DNA from: a virus
Direction: 5' to 3' (one strand)
Virus record (IMG/VR): IMGVR_UViG_3300037840_000333
Coordinates: 1-64,000 of that record
DNA length: 64,000 nt
The notes under the pieces are model-generated. The model did no database searches. It saw nothing but the letters and a program-made list of their open reading frames with translations, and was not told the origin of the DNA. Position numbers and translations under genes: made by a program. Positions 54,688 to 63,481 of the stretch are shown here, piece by piece; position 1 is the stretch's first letter, and every line of letters starts with the position of its first letter.

Positions 54688-54829
54688 TCTTGCCTCCGAA
54701 CAGAACCCGGAACACCTTTTGCCGCACGGCCTGGGCTGAGACCGGGCTCAGGGGAACGCCGGCGCGCATCTGGCGAATCCTCGCCCGGGTCTGTTGCAAC
54801 TGCTCGGTGGTGAGTGCCACGGGCGAATC

Positions 54830-57800
54830 CTATCCCTGCAACCCGGCGATTTGAGCTATCTGCTGCGCTTGCAGCCACAAGTCGTAGTAGTTGGCCGTCT
54901 GGCCCTCGGACACCAGCGCCTCGGGCAACAGGCTGTTGTAGCGGGCCTCGGCCGCCTCGACGCTGGCGCTGTAGGTGTCGCCGAACTCGGGGTCGCTGGT
55001 GATCGGGACGGCGCTGTCGATGATGTCGGCCAGGGAAGCCATCTCGCTCTCGTAGTCCTGATAGCTCATCTGCCAGATGCTCGGTCCGCCGGTGCCCTTC
55101 AGCTCCCGCTCCGCCAGGTCGAACGCTTCGGATTTCTGCGCCTCGCTGAGGTACGCCGTCGCCTCGGCCTTGTTGGTGAACAGGCTCTTGACGTCCACGT
55201 TGCTGTTGGCGAGCTGATTCCAGTTGAAGTTGCCGAACCGCTCCAAGTTGTTCGGCACCCGGCCCGTGTTCTCCAACAGGTTCCCGGCGTCCACGATCCG
55301 GGTCTGATCGAGCCAGTAGGACATGGCCTCGTCCACGTTCGCATCGCTGCCGGCGCCGGTCGCCACCTGGAAGCCGGCCACCAGCTCGTCCGGCTTGGCG
55401 AGCGTGCCGGTCGTGTCGGGCAGCATCCACCCGTTAGTTCCCAACCGCTCCTGCTCGGACAGGGAGAGCTGGCGATACCAGTCGTAGGTGCCGCTCGTGT
55501 CGCCTCGTGCCGGCGTGGCGATGACGTTCGCGCCCATGCTCTCGATCTGCCCGTAGGCGGTGTCCCGCGCCTCGGTGATCTCAGGCATCAACTCCGCCTT
55601 GGCCGCCGCGAGGTCGGAGGAGTCGGTGTCACCGTTCAGCAGGTCGCTCACGGCCTGGCTCAGGTAGCTGCTCCCGGTGTCGGCGCTGAAGTCGGTCGTG
55701 GGCTCGCCCTCCTCGCCCGTCTCCTCGCCCTCCTCGCCGGTGTCGCCGCCTTCCTCGCCGGTATCGTCGCCGGTGTCGGCCGGACCCCACACGGTGTTGA
55801 AGTCACACGAGCAGCCGTCGTGGTCGCCGGGGAAGAAGAAATCGTTCTCGGGCCAGTCGTCCGGGTTGGCGAGCACGTCGTCGGTAAAGCTGGCGAACGA
55901 TTCGCCGTCGAGGTCCTCGTGGGGCTCAAACGGCCGCAGGGTCGGCCCGTGCACCCACTCGTAGCTCACGGCCTCGACGTCCGGGGCGGCGTTGAGCATG
56001 TCGGTCACGGCGTCGCCGGTGCCGATCTGCCCGGCCACGTCGGTCGCCTCAAACGTCGCGCTCACCTGAGCGCTCTCGGGGTCCTCGCCCACCTGTATCG
56101 GATTGTCCGCACTCACGTCGGTCACGTCCACCGGCTCGTCCATGGCGCCCACGTCGGCGGTGAGTCCCTTCCCCTGGCCGCTTCCGCCGCCGGCGATGGC
56201 GAGGGCGCGCCTTACCGCTCCCACGGGGACGATGGTGTTCGGATCGATGGTCGGGGCGTCGGGAGCGGTCGGGCTCGGGTTGTATAGCAGCCCCTCGGCG
56301 ATGGTGTTCAGCTCGTCCACGAAGCTCTGCCAAGCCGGCTGCAGTGCCGTCGCCATGCGCTGCTCCGCCTTCCGCACGGCCGGGCTGGTCATCTGGTAGC
56401 CGGCCAGCCTGGCCGCGCTGCGCAGGGCCGCATGCTGGGCAGCGTCGGTCCACCCGAGGAACTGGCCCTTCAGCTCGCTCCAATCCGGGTTGAGCAGGGC
56501 ATGGGGGTCGGTGTAGCCGAGGCTCGCCACGACGGCCTGACCGAGGTTCTGCGCCACCTGCCGGTTCGGCACGCCTTGCACCTGGCTCCGCAGGCGGTCG
56601 TCCTTGTTGAACTTGCGGCTGGCGACCCGGGTGTGCAGCTTCGCTCCCGCCCTGTCGAGCAGCCGCACCATCGCGCTGCACGCCGCCACCTGGATCTTGG
56701 CCCGGAGCTGGGCGTCGAGCTGGGCCAGGTTCCGGCTCTCCCGGGCGTACATGGTCTGGCGCTTCGCCTTGGCCTCGGCGAACGCCGCATCGACCTGCCG
56801 GGCGAGCCCGGGGACGCTCGGGCTCGGGGGTGTCGCGGCCGGCGTCGCCGTGACGCTCGGTGGGGGCGGTGGCGCCGGGCTGGTCGTGTCCGCTGGCCCG
56901 GGGGGCAGCGCCGCGGCCGGCCCGGTCGGCAGGGGTTCCACGGCGCCCTTCGGTCCCATGCCCGGCACCTGGCCGCTCTGCTGGATCGGCGGGATCACGA
57001 GGTTCGGGTCGAGGGCGTGGATCAGGGCCTCCAACACGTTCGGCGGGAAGCTCCGCAGCTTCTGGATCATGCGGATTTCCTTCTCCAACGCGTCCGGGGC
57101 GTCCTCCTCGGTGAATCCGCCGGCGTCCCGCAGGGCCATGTCGCTGATCGCCATGCGGTCGTGCAGCAGCACTGCGTTGCCCATCGGGTCCGGCTTGCTG
57201 ATGAGGTCCACCGGGTTGTACCAAATGCAGGCCCGGTCGATCCAGTACTTGTTGTGGCCCTTCGCCAGCAACCACGGCCGCATGAAGGCGATGGTCATGG
57301 CGTCGGCCTGGGTGATGACCTGGGGCTCGATGTGGTGGCGGAACGTATCGTCGCTGACGAGCCAGGCGCCCCAGTGGTTCGGGTCGCTCATGCCCTCTAG
57401 GACCTCTCGGGGCACGTCGAGCCCGGTGGCGAGCCGGCCGATGGCCTCCGCCCGCAGCTCCAAGGCCAAGCTGCTGTACGGCCGGTCGATCACCAGGTGC
57501 TCGAGCCCAGCGAGGCTCTCGGGCTCGCCGCTGATGGCGATGGGCACGACGGCGCTCGCCACTCCCTCGTCCGCCAAGGGGGTCATCATCGCCTCGGCGA
57601 ACTTGCCGAACCACGAGTCGTTGAGCCCCGTATCGTCGTCCTCGGTCATGGCCTCCATGCGGAGCCCGTCGGGGATCTTCAGGATGCCGCCGCCGGCGAG
57701 CCGGCTCCTCGCCGTCGAGCGGACGTCCCGGCTCAGCAGCATCAGCTCCTCGCTCACGTCGAGGAGGCTGCGCATCGGGCTGGTGGCCATCTGGCTGAAC

Positions 57801-58438
57801 CGCCACCACGGCACCCACATGCGGGCGGCGTAGGCCGTCCTCGGGTCGATGTCTACCCAGCCGAGCGTGCCCTGGGGGTCGAGCGGGACCTCGCGCAGCT
57901 TGTACGTGTCATCGAAGATCATGAACTCGTCGATGCTGCGGACCTTCCACGTGTCGCCGCCGTTCGGATCGTCCTGGCCCACGAGGTAGCACTCGCCCGG
58001 CACGCCGAACTGGTAGCTGAGGCTCTGCTGTATCGGGCTCAACGCCTGCCGGCCGACGCCGAGACTGGCGAGCGCCGCCTCCATGTCGTCGGCCAGTCCC
58101 GGTGGGGCGTCGGGGTGCTCGCGCACCGGGATCGGTGGGCCGTCGGGCTCCTCGGGGTTCACGATGGCGGCGAAGTAGCGCATCCGGCTCGACGCATGGG
58201 CGAGGAAGCGGTAGGCGAAGCTCAGCTCGGGCAAGTTGTCCACGTAGGCGCCGGCGTCCTGTTGCCACCCTTGGCGGAGTACCCGCATCTTCCGGGCCTC
58301 GACCTTGTTCGTCAGGTCGATGGGCTGGGCCGAGGCTGTCATCGGCCGGTGCGGTACCGGCGCCTCCCGGCTGGCGGCGCGGCGGAGGAAGTTGCGCCCG
58401 CTCGGCGTCAGGCTCGTGCCGGTGCTGACTATGGCCAT
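54830..58438 (-). CDS. Portal protein fused to a MuF/minor-head-like domain and an acidic C-terminal domain
   Basis: WQQDA..PEL..GECYL..SAVVPI..RLATGLDVP.EVLEGMSDPNHWGAW portal core; PFEPH..PGDHDGCSC MuF-like motif. Confidence 0.9.
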   Translation of the reverse strand: MAIVSTGTSLTPSGRNFLRRAASREAPVPHRPMTASAQPIDLTNKVEARKMRVLRQGWQQDAGAYVDNLPELSFAYRFLAHASSRMRYFAAIVNPEEPDGPPIPVREHPDAPPGLADDMEAALASLGVGRQALSPIQQSLSYQFGVPGECYLVGQDDPNGGDTWKVRSIDEFMIFDDTYKLREVPLDPQGTLGWVDIDPRTAYAARMWVPWWRFSQMATSPMRSLLDVSEELMLLSRDVRSTARSRLAGGGILKIPDGLRMEAMTEDDDTGLNDSWFGKFAEAMMTPLADEGVASAVVPIAISGEPESLAGLEHLVIDRPYSSLALELRAEAIGRLATGLDVPREVLEGMSDPNHWGAWLVSDDTFRHHIEPQVITQADAMTIAFMRPWLLAKGHNKYWIDRACIWYNPVDLISKPDPMGNAVLLHDRMAISDMALRDAGGFTEEDAPDALEKEIRMIQKLRSFPPNVLEALIHALDPNLVIPPIQQSGQVPGMGPKGAVEPLPTGPAAALPPGPADTTSPAPPPPPSVTATPAATPPSPSVPGLARQVDAAFAEAKAKRQTMYARESRNLAQLDAQLRAKIQVAACSAMVRLLDRAGAKLHTRVASRKFNKDDRLRSQVQGVPNRQVAQNLGQAVVASLGYTDPHALLNPDWSELKGQFLGWTDAAQHAALRSAARLAGYQMTSPAVRKAEQRMATALQPAWQSFVDELNTIAEGLLYNPSPTAPDAPTIDPNTIVPVGAVRRALAIAGGGSGQGKGLTADVGAMDEPVDVTDVSADNPIQVGEDPESAQVSATFEATDVAGQIGTGDAVTDMLNAAPDVEAVSYEWVHGPTLRPFEPHEDLDGESFASFTDDVLANPDDWPENDFFFPGDHDGCSCDFNTVWGPADTGDDTGEEGGDTGEEGEETGEEGEPTTDFSADTGSSYLSQAVSDLLNGDTDSSDLAAAKAELMPEITEARDTAYGQIESMGANVIATPARGDTSGTYDWYRQLSLSEQERLGTNGWMLPDTTGTLAKPDELVAGFQVATGAGSDANVDEAMSYWLDQTRIVDAGNLLENTGRVPNNLERFGNFNWNQLANSNVDVKSLFTNKAEATAYLSEAQKSEAFDLAERELKGTGGPSIWQMSYQDYESEMASLADIIDSAVPITSDPEFGDTYSASVEAAEARYNSLLPEALVSEGQTANYYDLWLQAQQIAQIAGLQG

Positions 58439-58764
58439 CAGCTTCGCTCAGCCAGGAACCCGGCCACGCCGCTGCACACGAGGACGTAGGCGGCGTACTG
58501 CCACTGGTGGGGGTAGAACACGGTGAGCAGGACGACTCCTATCGCCAGCCAGATCGAGACGCACCACGCACAGGTGATGAAGTCGTGAGCCCTGTTTCCC
58601 AGGTGCCGCTTGATCCATTTCCGGGGTGCCTCGGTGATCGTGTCCCGGGTGACCAGCATGGTCGCCCGATAGACCGCCAGCGTGTCGAGGGCCAGCCACA
58701 GCGGCGCCGTGAGCTGGAACGCGACGACGGTGGCGGTCATGGTGGCCCTGATGCTACCCACCAC
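58438..58764 (-). CDS. DUF1360-like membrane protein
   Basis: LAVYRATMLVTRDTI..ITCAWCVSIW. Confidence 0.8.
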   Translation of the reverse strand: MVGSIRATMTATVVAFQLTAPLWLALDTLAVYRATMLVTRDTITEAPRKWIKRHLGNRAHDFITCAWCVSIWLAIGVVLLTVFYPHQWQYAAYVLVCSGVAGFLAERS

Positions 58765-58803
58765 GCTCCTCCGTGGCGGGGAGTGTCGGGCTGCTCAGCG
58801 CCC

Positions 58804-59649
58804 TTAGACCGACCCCTGGCGCTCCGGTCGTAGGTGGCCCGCGGCGTTGATGGCGTCCACGATCCCGGCCAGCAGCAGGTCGGGGTTTCCGCCGTAGCCG
58901 TTCTTGCCCCAAAGCTGCTGGGCCTGCGGCAGGTTGTAGAACGCACGGAAGGTGTCCTGCACCGGGGTCGTCATGGGGTTGGTCGAGTACTCGTTGTAGG
59001 TCTCTCGGATGAACGCGTTGATGGCGCCCGTGTCGGTGCAGCCGGTCGGCAGTCCCATGATGATCGTCTCCTGATTGGTCGGGTTGGGGTTCGGCGCGCC
59101 GAACAGGGAATAGAAGTGGGCCGGCGGTCCGATCCAGATCGAGGCATCGACCTGGCCGCCGATCCCGGCCACGGTGGCGGCGTCGGTGTTCTGCCACACG
59201 TCGCCGAACCCGAAATCCTTCCCGTAGCTGGCCGGCCACAGCATGGCCCGCAGGATGGTGGTGCCGGCTTGCAACGTGCTGGCGCTGCCGTAGTCCAGCT
59301 CCTCGGCCAGCGGGAGGTTCAGCTCGGCGAGGAACTGATTCTGCCAGGCGAAATCCTGGCTGGTCTCGCTGTCGAGCACTCGGGCTCGGGTGCCGGCGAC
59401 CGCGAGGAAGTGAGCCGCCTCGGCCGCTACGTCACCGAACTCGGCGAAGTGGTAGGCGAGCGTCGGGATGCCCACGGCCGCGAAGCCGGCGGCGTCCTGG
59501 CCGTAGTAGGGGTTCGTGTAGCCGACGCCGTCCGTCGCCTTGATGAACACGGCAATCACGCCGGCGCTCGCTGCCGCCTGGTAGTCGATGGGGTGCGGAT
59601 TGTTGCTGCTCAGGTCGATCAGGATGCCGGGGATCGTCTGGCTGCTCAC
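58804..59649 (-). CDS. GH25 lysozyme (muramidase) lysin
   Basis: IDLSSNN, IKATDG..YTNP, AYHF, LDSE, WQNT..VD. Confidence 0.88.
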   Translation of the reverse strand: MSSQTIPGILIDLSSNNPHPIDYQAAASAGVIAVFIKATDGVGYTNPYYGQDAAGFAAVGIPTLAYHFAEFGDVAAEAAHFLAVAGTRARVLDSETSQDFAWQNQFLAELNLPLAEELDYGSASTLQAGTTILRAMLWPASYGKDFGFGDVWQNTDAATVAGIGGQVDASIWIGPPAHFYSLFGAPNPNPTNQETIIMGLPTGCTDTGAINAFIRETYNEYSTNPMTTPVQDTFRAFYNLPQAQQLWGKNGYGGNPDLLLAGIVDAINAAGHLRPERQGSV

Positions 59650-59858
59650 GGGCCCTCACCGTAGCCCCGGCCTCCGTGGCGGTGCACGATGCCGCCGAGG
59701 AGCCACGACACCACGCTCAGCCCGGCGACGGTGAGGACGTAGGCGATGCAGGCCCAGCCGAGGATGCCGGTCGGGGTGTCGGTTAGCTCCTCCACGGCGA
59801 GGTAGACGGCCGCAGCGAAGAAGACGGCGACGAGGAACGTCGGCCACCGCTCCCTCAT
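59646..59858 (-). CDS. Small two-TM membrane protein (holin-like)
   Basis: Two hydrophobic helices; coupled to the GH25 gene. Confidence 0.65.
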   Translation of the reverse strand: MRERWPTFLVAVFFAAAVYLAVEELTDTPTGILGWACIAYVLTVAGLSVVSWLLGGIVHRHGGRGYGEGP

Positions 59859-60136
59859 AGCTTGGTCGCCCGGCCCTTGAACGCCACGGCGCGCACCGCG
59901 GTGTGCTTCTTGCTGCTCGTGGCGCTCCGCTTCGGGCCGACGGTTTTGGCGTGGTGCACGGTCAGGTGCTTTGCCTTGGCCTTCACCGGCGCCTTCACCT
60001 TTTTCGGCTTCGGGGGTGCTTTCGGCTTCTTCGGTTTGGGCGGCGCCTTCGGCTTCGGGGGTTTCTTCGGCTTCGGCGCCTTCTTCGGCGCCTTCGGGGC
60101 CTTGGCCCTCGTGCTCCTCGTGCTGTGCTTGCTCAT
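59855..60136 (-). CDS. Lys/Pro/Ala-rich histone-H1-like basic protein
   Basis: KAPKAPKKAPKPKKPPKPKAPP repeats; no acidic residues; ATGA coupled on both sides. Confidence 0.7.
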   Translation of the reverse strand: MSKHSTRSTRAKAPKAPKKAPKPKKPPKPKAPPKPKKPKAPPKPKKVKAPVKAKAKHLTVHHAKTVGPKRSATSSKKHTAVRAVAFKGRATKL

Positions 60137-60438
60137 CGCTCCGCCGGCGGGTCGAGCGCCCTTAGCGGGCTCCCGCAGCCGCAGCCGTGGGCCCGCTCGA
60201 CGTGGATCATCCCGGTCTCCGTCTCGATGGTGAACGGGCCGCCCTGGGTGCCGCGGTGGGCCTCGGGCCTCGGGCCGGTTATCGGCTCGTCCACTAACAG
60301 CTCGGGCGTGCCGGCGCCGTTCACGGTCCACACCCGCACCCGCTGGTCGGTCACGAACACCCGGCTCACGTGGGCGTGCGGACTGTGCTCGGGGGCGAAG
60401 ACCTCGCTCGGGAACTCGTCGCGCAGCAGGCGCTCCAT
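60133..60438 (-). CDS. Hypothetical phage protein
   Basis: C-terminal GCGCGSPLR; coupled. Confidence 0.7.
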   Translation of the reverse strand: MERLLRDEFPSEVFAPEHSPHAHVSRVFVTDQRVRVWTVNGAGTPELLVDEPITGPRPEAHRGTQGGPFTIETETGMIHVERAHGCGCGSPLRALDPPAER

Positions 60439-60782
60439 CAGAACGGGGGCGCCTTCACGCCGAACTGACGGTTCATCGTGGCCTGGCAGGTCGGGGTCGG
60501 GGTGCCGTCCGGGTCGCCGATGATCTTCACGGTGCAGACGTTGCCGCCTCCGCCGGGCCGGCCGCCCTTGCCGCTCGTGTCGTAGGTGCATCGGTACTGG
60601 CCCGTGCCGGTCCGGGTCACCGCTGCATCGACGCCGTATGTCAGCGTCGTCGGCGTCACCTGGCCGAAGAACTGGCTCTCAAACTCGACCACGCTCGGGT
60701 CCACATTCGTGCCGGCCTCGTTCTGGAAGCCCTGGGGCGCCGTGTCCACGATCACGAGCTCGCCGTCGTCGTACCAGTTCAC
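60438..60782 (-). CDS. Ig-like virion accessory protein
   Basis: YDDGE..VDPS..YGVD..TGQY beta sandwich. Confidence 0.65.
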   Translation of the reverse strand: MNWYDDGELVIVDTAPQGFQNEAGTNVDPSVVEFESQFFGQVTPTTLTYGVDAAVTRTGTGQYRCTYDTSGKGGRPGGGGNVCTVKIIGDPDGTPTPTCQATMNRQFGVKAPPF

Positions 60783-61663
60783 GCGTGGTCTCCGATCAGG
60801 GTCGTGTCGGCCGGGTGGTCGCTGGCCGTCACGCTATCGGCCGCATGGTCGCTGAGGGTGACACGGAACGCTGGGTGGTCGCTCAGGGTCACGGTGCCGT
60901 TGATCGGCCGGGTGATGGTGAACGCCTCGACGCCGCTCCCGGTCTCGATCAGCACCACGGCGACGCCGGTGGCCGCGTTGTCGCTCCCCTGGCCGGTGTC
61001 GGTCATCAGGATCGTGATGCCGACAGTCAGCTCGTCGTCGCCGGCGCCGGTGTCGCTGACGATCACCGCCTCGCCGGTGGTGATGGCGTCGTTCCCGGTC
61101 CCGGTGTCGCTGTCGCTCAGGGATATGGCTGGGAGCCCGTCTGCGCCGGCTCCTGTCTCGCTGAGCCCTATCCCGACGCCCGGAAGGGTGTCTGTGCCGG
61201 AACCCGTGTCCGAGGCGCTGAGGGCAATCTGAGCGGCCGTGTCCGCGCCACTCCCGGTGTCGCTCGTGCTGAGGCTGATGCCGGGCAGGGTGTCGCTGCC
61301 GGTGCCGGTATCGGTGGCTGTCAGAGCCGCCGTGAGGGCCGCGCTTTCGCTGCCCGTCCCGGCCTCGGTGGCGGTCAGGGCAATCCCGGTCACGGTGTCG
61401 GCTCCGCTGCCCGTGTCGGCAAAGGTGATGGCGATGCCTTCCGTCAGCAGGTCCGCTCCCGATCCCGTGTCGCTCGTGCTGAGCGCCACGCCGGTCACGG
61501 TGTCCGCTCCGCTCCCGGTGTCGCTCGCCGTGAGGGCGATGGCCGTCAGGGAGTCCGTACCGCTGCCCGTGTCGCTGAGGCTCACCGGGACGTTCTGTGT
61601 CCCGAGCCCGCGGATCGTCAGCCCTCGCAGCTTGACGCCGCGGAGCCCGGAGTAGACCGCCAT
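60779..61663 (-). CDS. Repeat-rich (SDTGSGxD) fibre-like protein
   Basis: About 13 tandem repeats of 16-18 aa. Confidence 0.75.
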   Translation of the reverse strand: MAVYSGLRGVKLRGLTIRGLGTQNVPVSLSDTGSGTDSLTAIALTASDTGSGADTVTGVALSTSDTGSGADLLTEGIAITFADTGSGADTVTGIALTATEAGTGSESAALTAALTATDTGTGSDTLPGISLSTSDTGSGADTAAQIALSASDTGSGTDTLPGVGIGLSETGAGADGLPAISLSDSDTGTGNDAITTGEAVIVSDTGAGDDELTVGITILMTDTGQGSDNAATGVAVVLIETGSGVEAFTITRPINGTVTLSDHPAFRVTLSDHAADSVTASDHPADTTLIGDHA

Positions 61664-62994
61664 CAGTGCAGGCCGATCCCGGGGGCGCTCCGGGCCGCCG
61701 ATACCGTCAGGTCGTCTCCGCCGCTGGCTCCGCCCACGCTCCCGGTCAACACGCCCGCCGGCGTCCCGAGGTAGAGCTGGTGGCAGCCGACGCCGACCAT
61801 GTCGCTGTTCACCTGGGTCCACCCGGCCCCGGGCACGTACAGCCGGGGGAACACGGCGCCGAAGCTGAAGAACCCGATATCGCCGGCCAGCACCGCCTTG
61901 GCCGTCGCCACGCTGCCGGTGTTGGCGAACACGACGGCGCCCTGGCTGTCGAGGGTCAGCGCCGGCGGGCAGCCGGCCAGCTCGAGGAGCAGGCACGCCG
62001 GCGTGCCGATGGGGACCTCCCACGTGGCGGTCAGCGTGGTCGTCCCGCCCTTGCAGCCGTTGACCACCCACACGGACCAGTCGAGCCCGCCATTGTTGTC
62101 GATGCCCTGGTCGGCAATCTTGCGCCAGACGTTCCCGGCGGTGTCGGTGACGGCGCTCACCTTGGCGCCGGTGATGATCGGGCTGTTCGACCCTTCGTAG
62201 TTCGCCCCGGTCACGAAGGCGACGAGGGTGTTGCCGGCCGTCGGGTTCACCGGGTAGCCGATGAGGGCGTTGCTGAGGGCCTGGCCCGTCTGGATCGGGG
62301 GCTCGTAGTAAGCGCTCTGCAGGACGTGGGGGCTCGTGGCGGCCACGCCGGTCTGGCGGAAGGCGGCGACGATGGCGGCGTTGTGGGTGGCGCCCGTGAG
62401 GGAGGTCCAGGCCGCCGTCTGCACGCCGGTCGAGGCGCCGCTGTCAACCTCCGCCACCCATAGGTGCTGGGTCGTGTCGGCTATGCGGGAGGTCCAGCCG
62501 CTCGGGACGGTGGCCGCCGACTGGTCGCCCACCAGGGCCGAGAGCACGAGGTCGTGGGTCGCCGTCGTGGCGTAGTTCGTCGCCACGCTCAGGCTGGTGG
62601 TCGAGCCGTTCGTGGTGCCCATGGCGTCGGTCAGCTCGTAGCCCGAGCCGCCGCTGTACTCCATGATCGCCATGTTCATGCCGCTGATGGCGTTGAGCGG
62701 GAACCCGTTGAGGCTGGCCGTCACCGTCGGCTGGTTACCTCCGCCGGCGCTCTCGCAGCACCACATATCCAGACCCCGGCTGGTGCCGTCGATGACCTCG
62801 GTCACCTGGCGCCACTTGTTGCCATGATTGTCGGTCACCTGGCCTACGGTCGGCGGGATGGATGCGCCGGTCCGGCTGATAATCGCCACCAGCAGGTTGC
62901 CGGCGCCGACGTTGCTGGCATAGGTGGCGCTGATGGTCGTCCCGCTGGTCACTCGGGTGCCCTCGGCCGCGGCCTGGGCCTGGGCGTAGCTCAT
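61663..62994 (-). CDS. Beta-rich virion/adhesin-like protein with two internal repeats
   Basis: Repeated AGNLLVA / AGNTLVA modules. Confidence 0.7.
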   Translation of the reverse strand: MSYAQAQAAAEGTRVTSGTTISATYASNVGAGNLLVAIISRTGASIPPTVGQVTDNHGNKWRQVTEVIDGTSRGLDMWCCESAGGGNQPTVTASLNGFPLNAISGMNMAIMEYSGGSGYELTDAMGTTNGSTTSLSVATNYATTATHDLVLSALVGDQSAATVPSGWTSRIADTTQHLWVAEVDSGASTGVQTAAWTSLTGATHNAAIVAAFRQTGVAATSPHVLQSAYYEPPIQTGQALSNALIGYPVNPTAGNTLVAFVTGANYEGSNSPIITGAKVSAVTDTAGNVWRKIADQGIDNNGGLDWSVWVVNGCKGGTTTLTATWEVPIGTPACLLLELAGCPPALTLDSQGAVVFANTGSVATAKAVLAGDIGFFSFGAVFPRLYVPGAGWTQVNSDMVGVGCHQLYLGTPAGVLTGSVGGASGGDDLTVSAARSAPGIGLH

Positions 62995-63476
62995 CGGCTG
63001 ACCTGCAACAGGGCGAGCGTGTGCGGCGTCGCCAGGCGCACGCACTCCCAGCCGGGCGGGTCCTCCCCGAGCAGGCTGGCGGCGTCGTGCACCGCCACCA
63101 CGGCGCCTGGCCCGAGGAACGGCTTGATCCAGTCCAGCTCCCGCCGGCGCTGGCCCGAGATGTCGGAATCGAGGAAGGCCAGCCCCACCGGGTGGGTCGG
63201 CGTGAATCGGGTGGACGGACAGTGGTGGACGTGCACGGGCAGCCCGATCACCGCCTCCTCGGTCAGCTCGCAGGCGCGCTCGTCGGTGTCGAAGGTGTCG
63301 AGGCGCCCGCCGTGCTCGGCCAGCGCCCGGCCAAGCGTCTTCGCCGTGCCGCCGTGGAAGCTGCCGGTCTCGATGACGAAGCTGGGCCGCAGCGCCCGCA
63401 CGAGGGCATCGAGCAGCCGGTGGACCTCGGGCTCCGCCTCAAACGCCGCAGCGCAGGCGGGGTCGTGGCTGAACAC
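62991..63476 (-). CDS. Class I SAM-dependent (O-)methyltransferase
   Basis: VIETGSFHGGT, FDTD, LAFLDS, LGPGAVVAVHD. Confidence 0.85.
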   Translation of the reverse strand: MFSHDPACAAAFEAEPEVHRLLDALVRALRPSFVIETGSFHGGTAKTLGRALAEHGGRLDTFDTDERACELTEEAVIGLPVHVHHCPSTRFTPTHPVGLAFLDSDISGQRRRELDWIKPFLGPGAVVAVHDAASLLGEDPPGWECVRLATPHTLALLQVSR

Positions 63477-63481
63477 GGGGG

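Noticed and set aside
62991-63476. Methyltransferase as the C5-cytosine MTase feeding the TET enzyme
   Set aside because: Lacks the PC and ENV motifs of C5-MTases and the DPPY/NPPY motif of amino-MTases; resembles small-molecule O-methyltransferases
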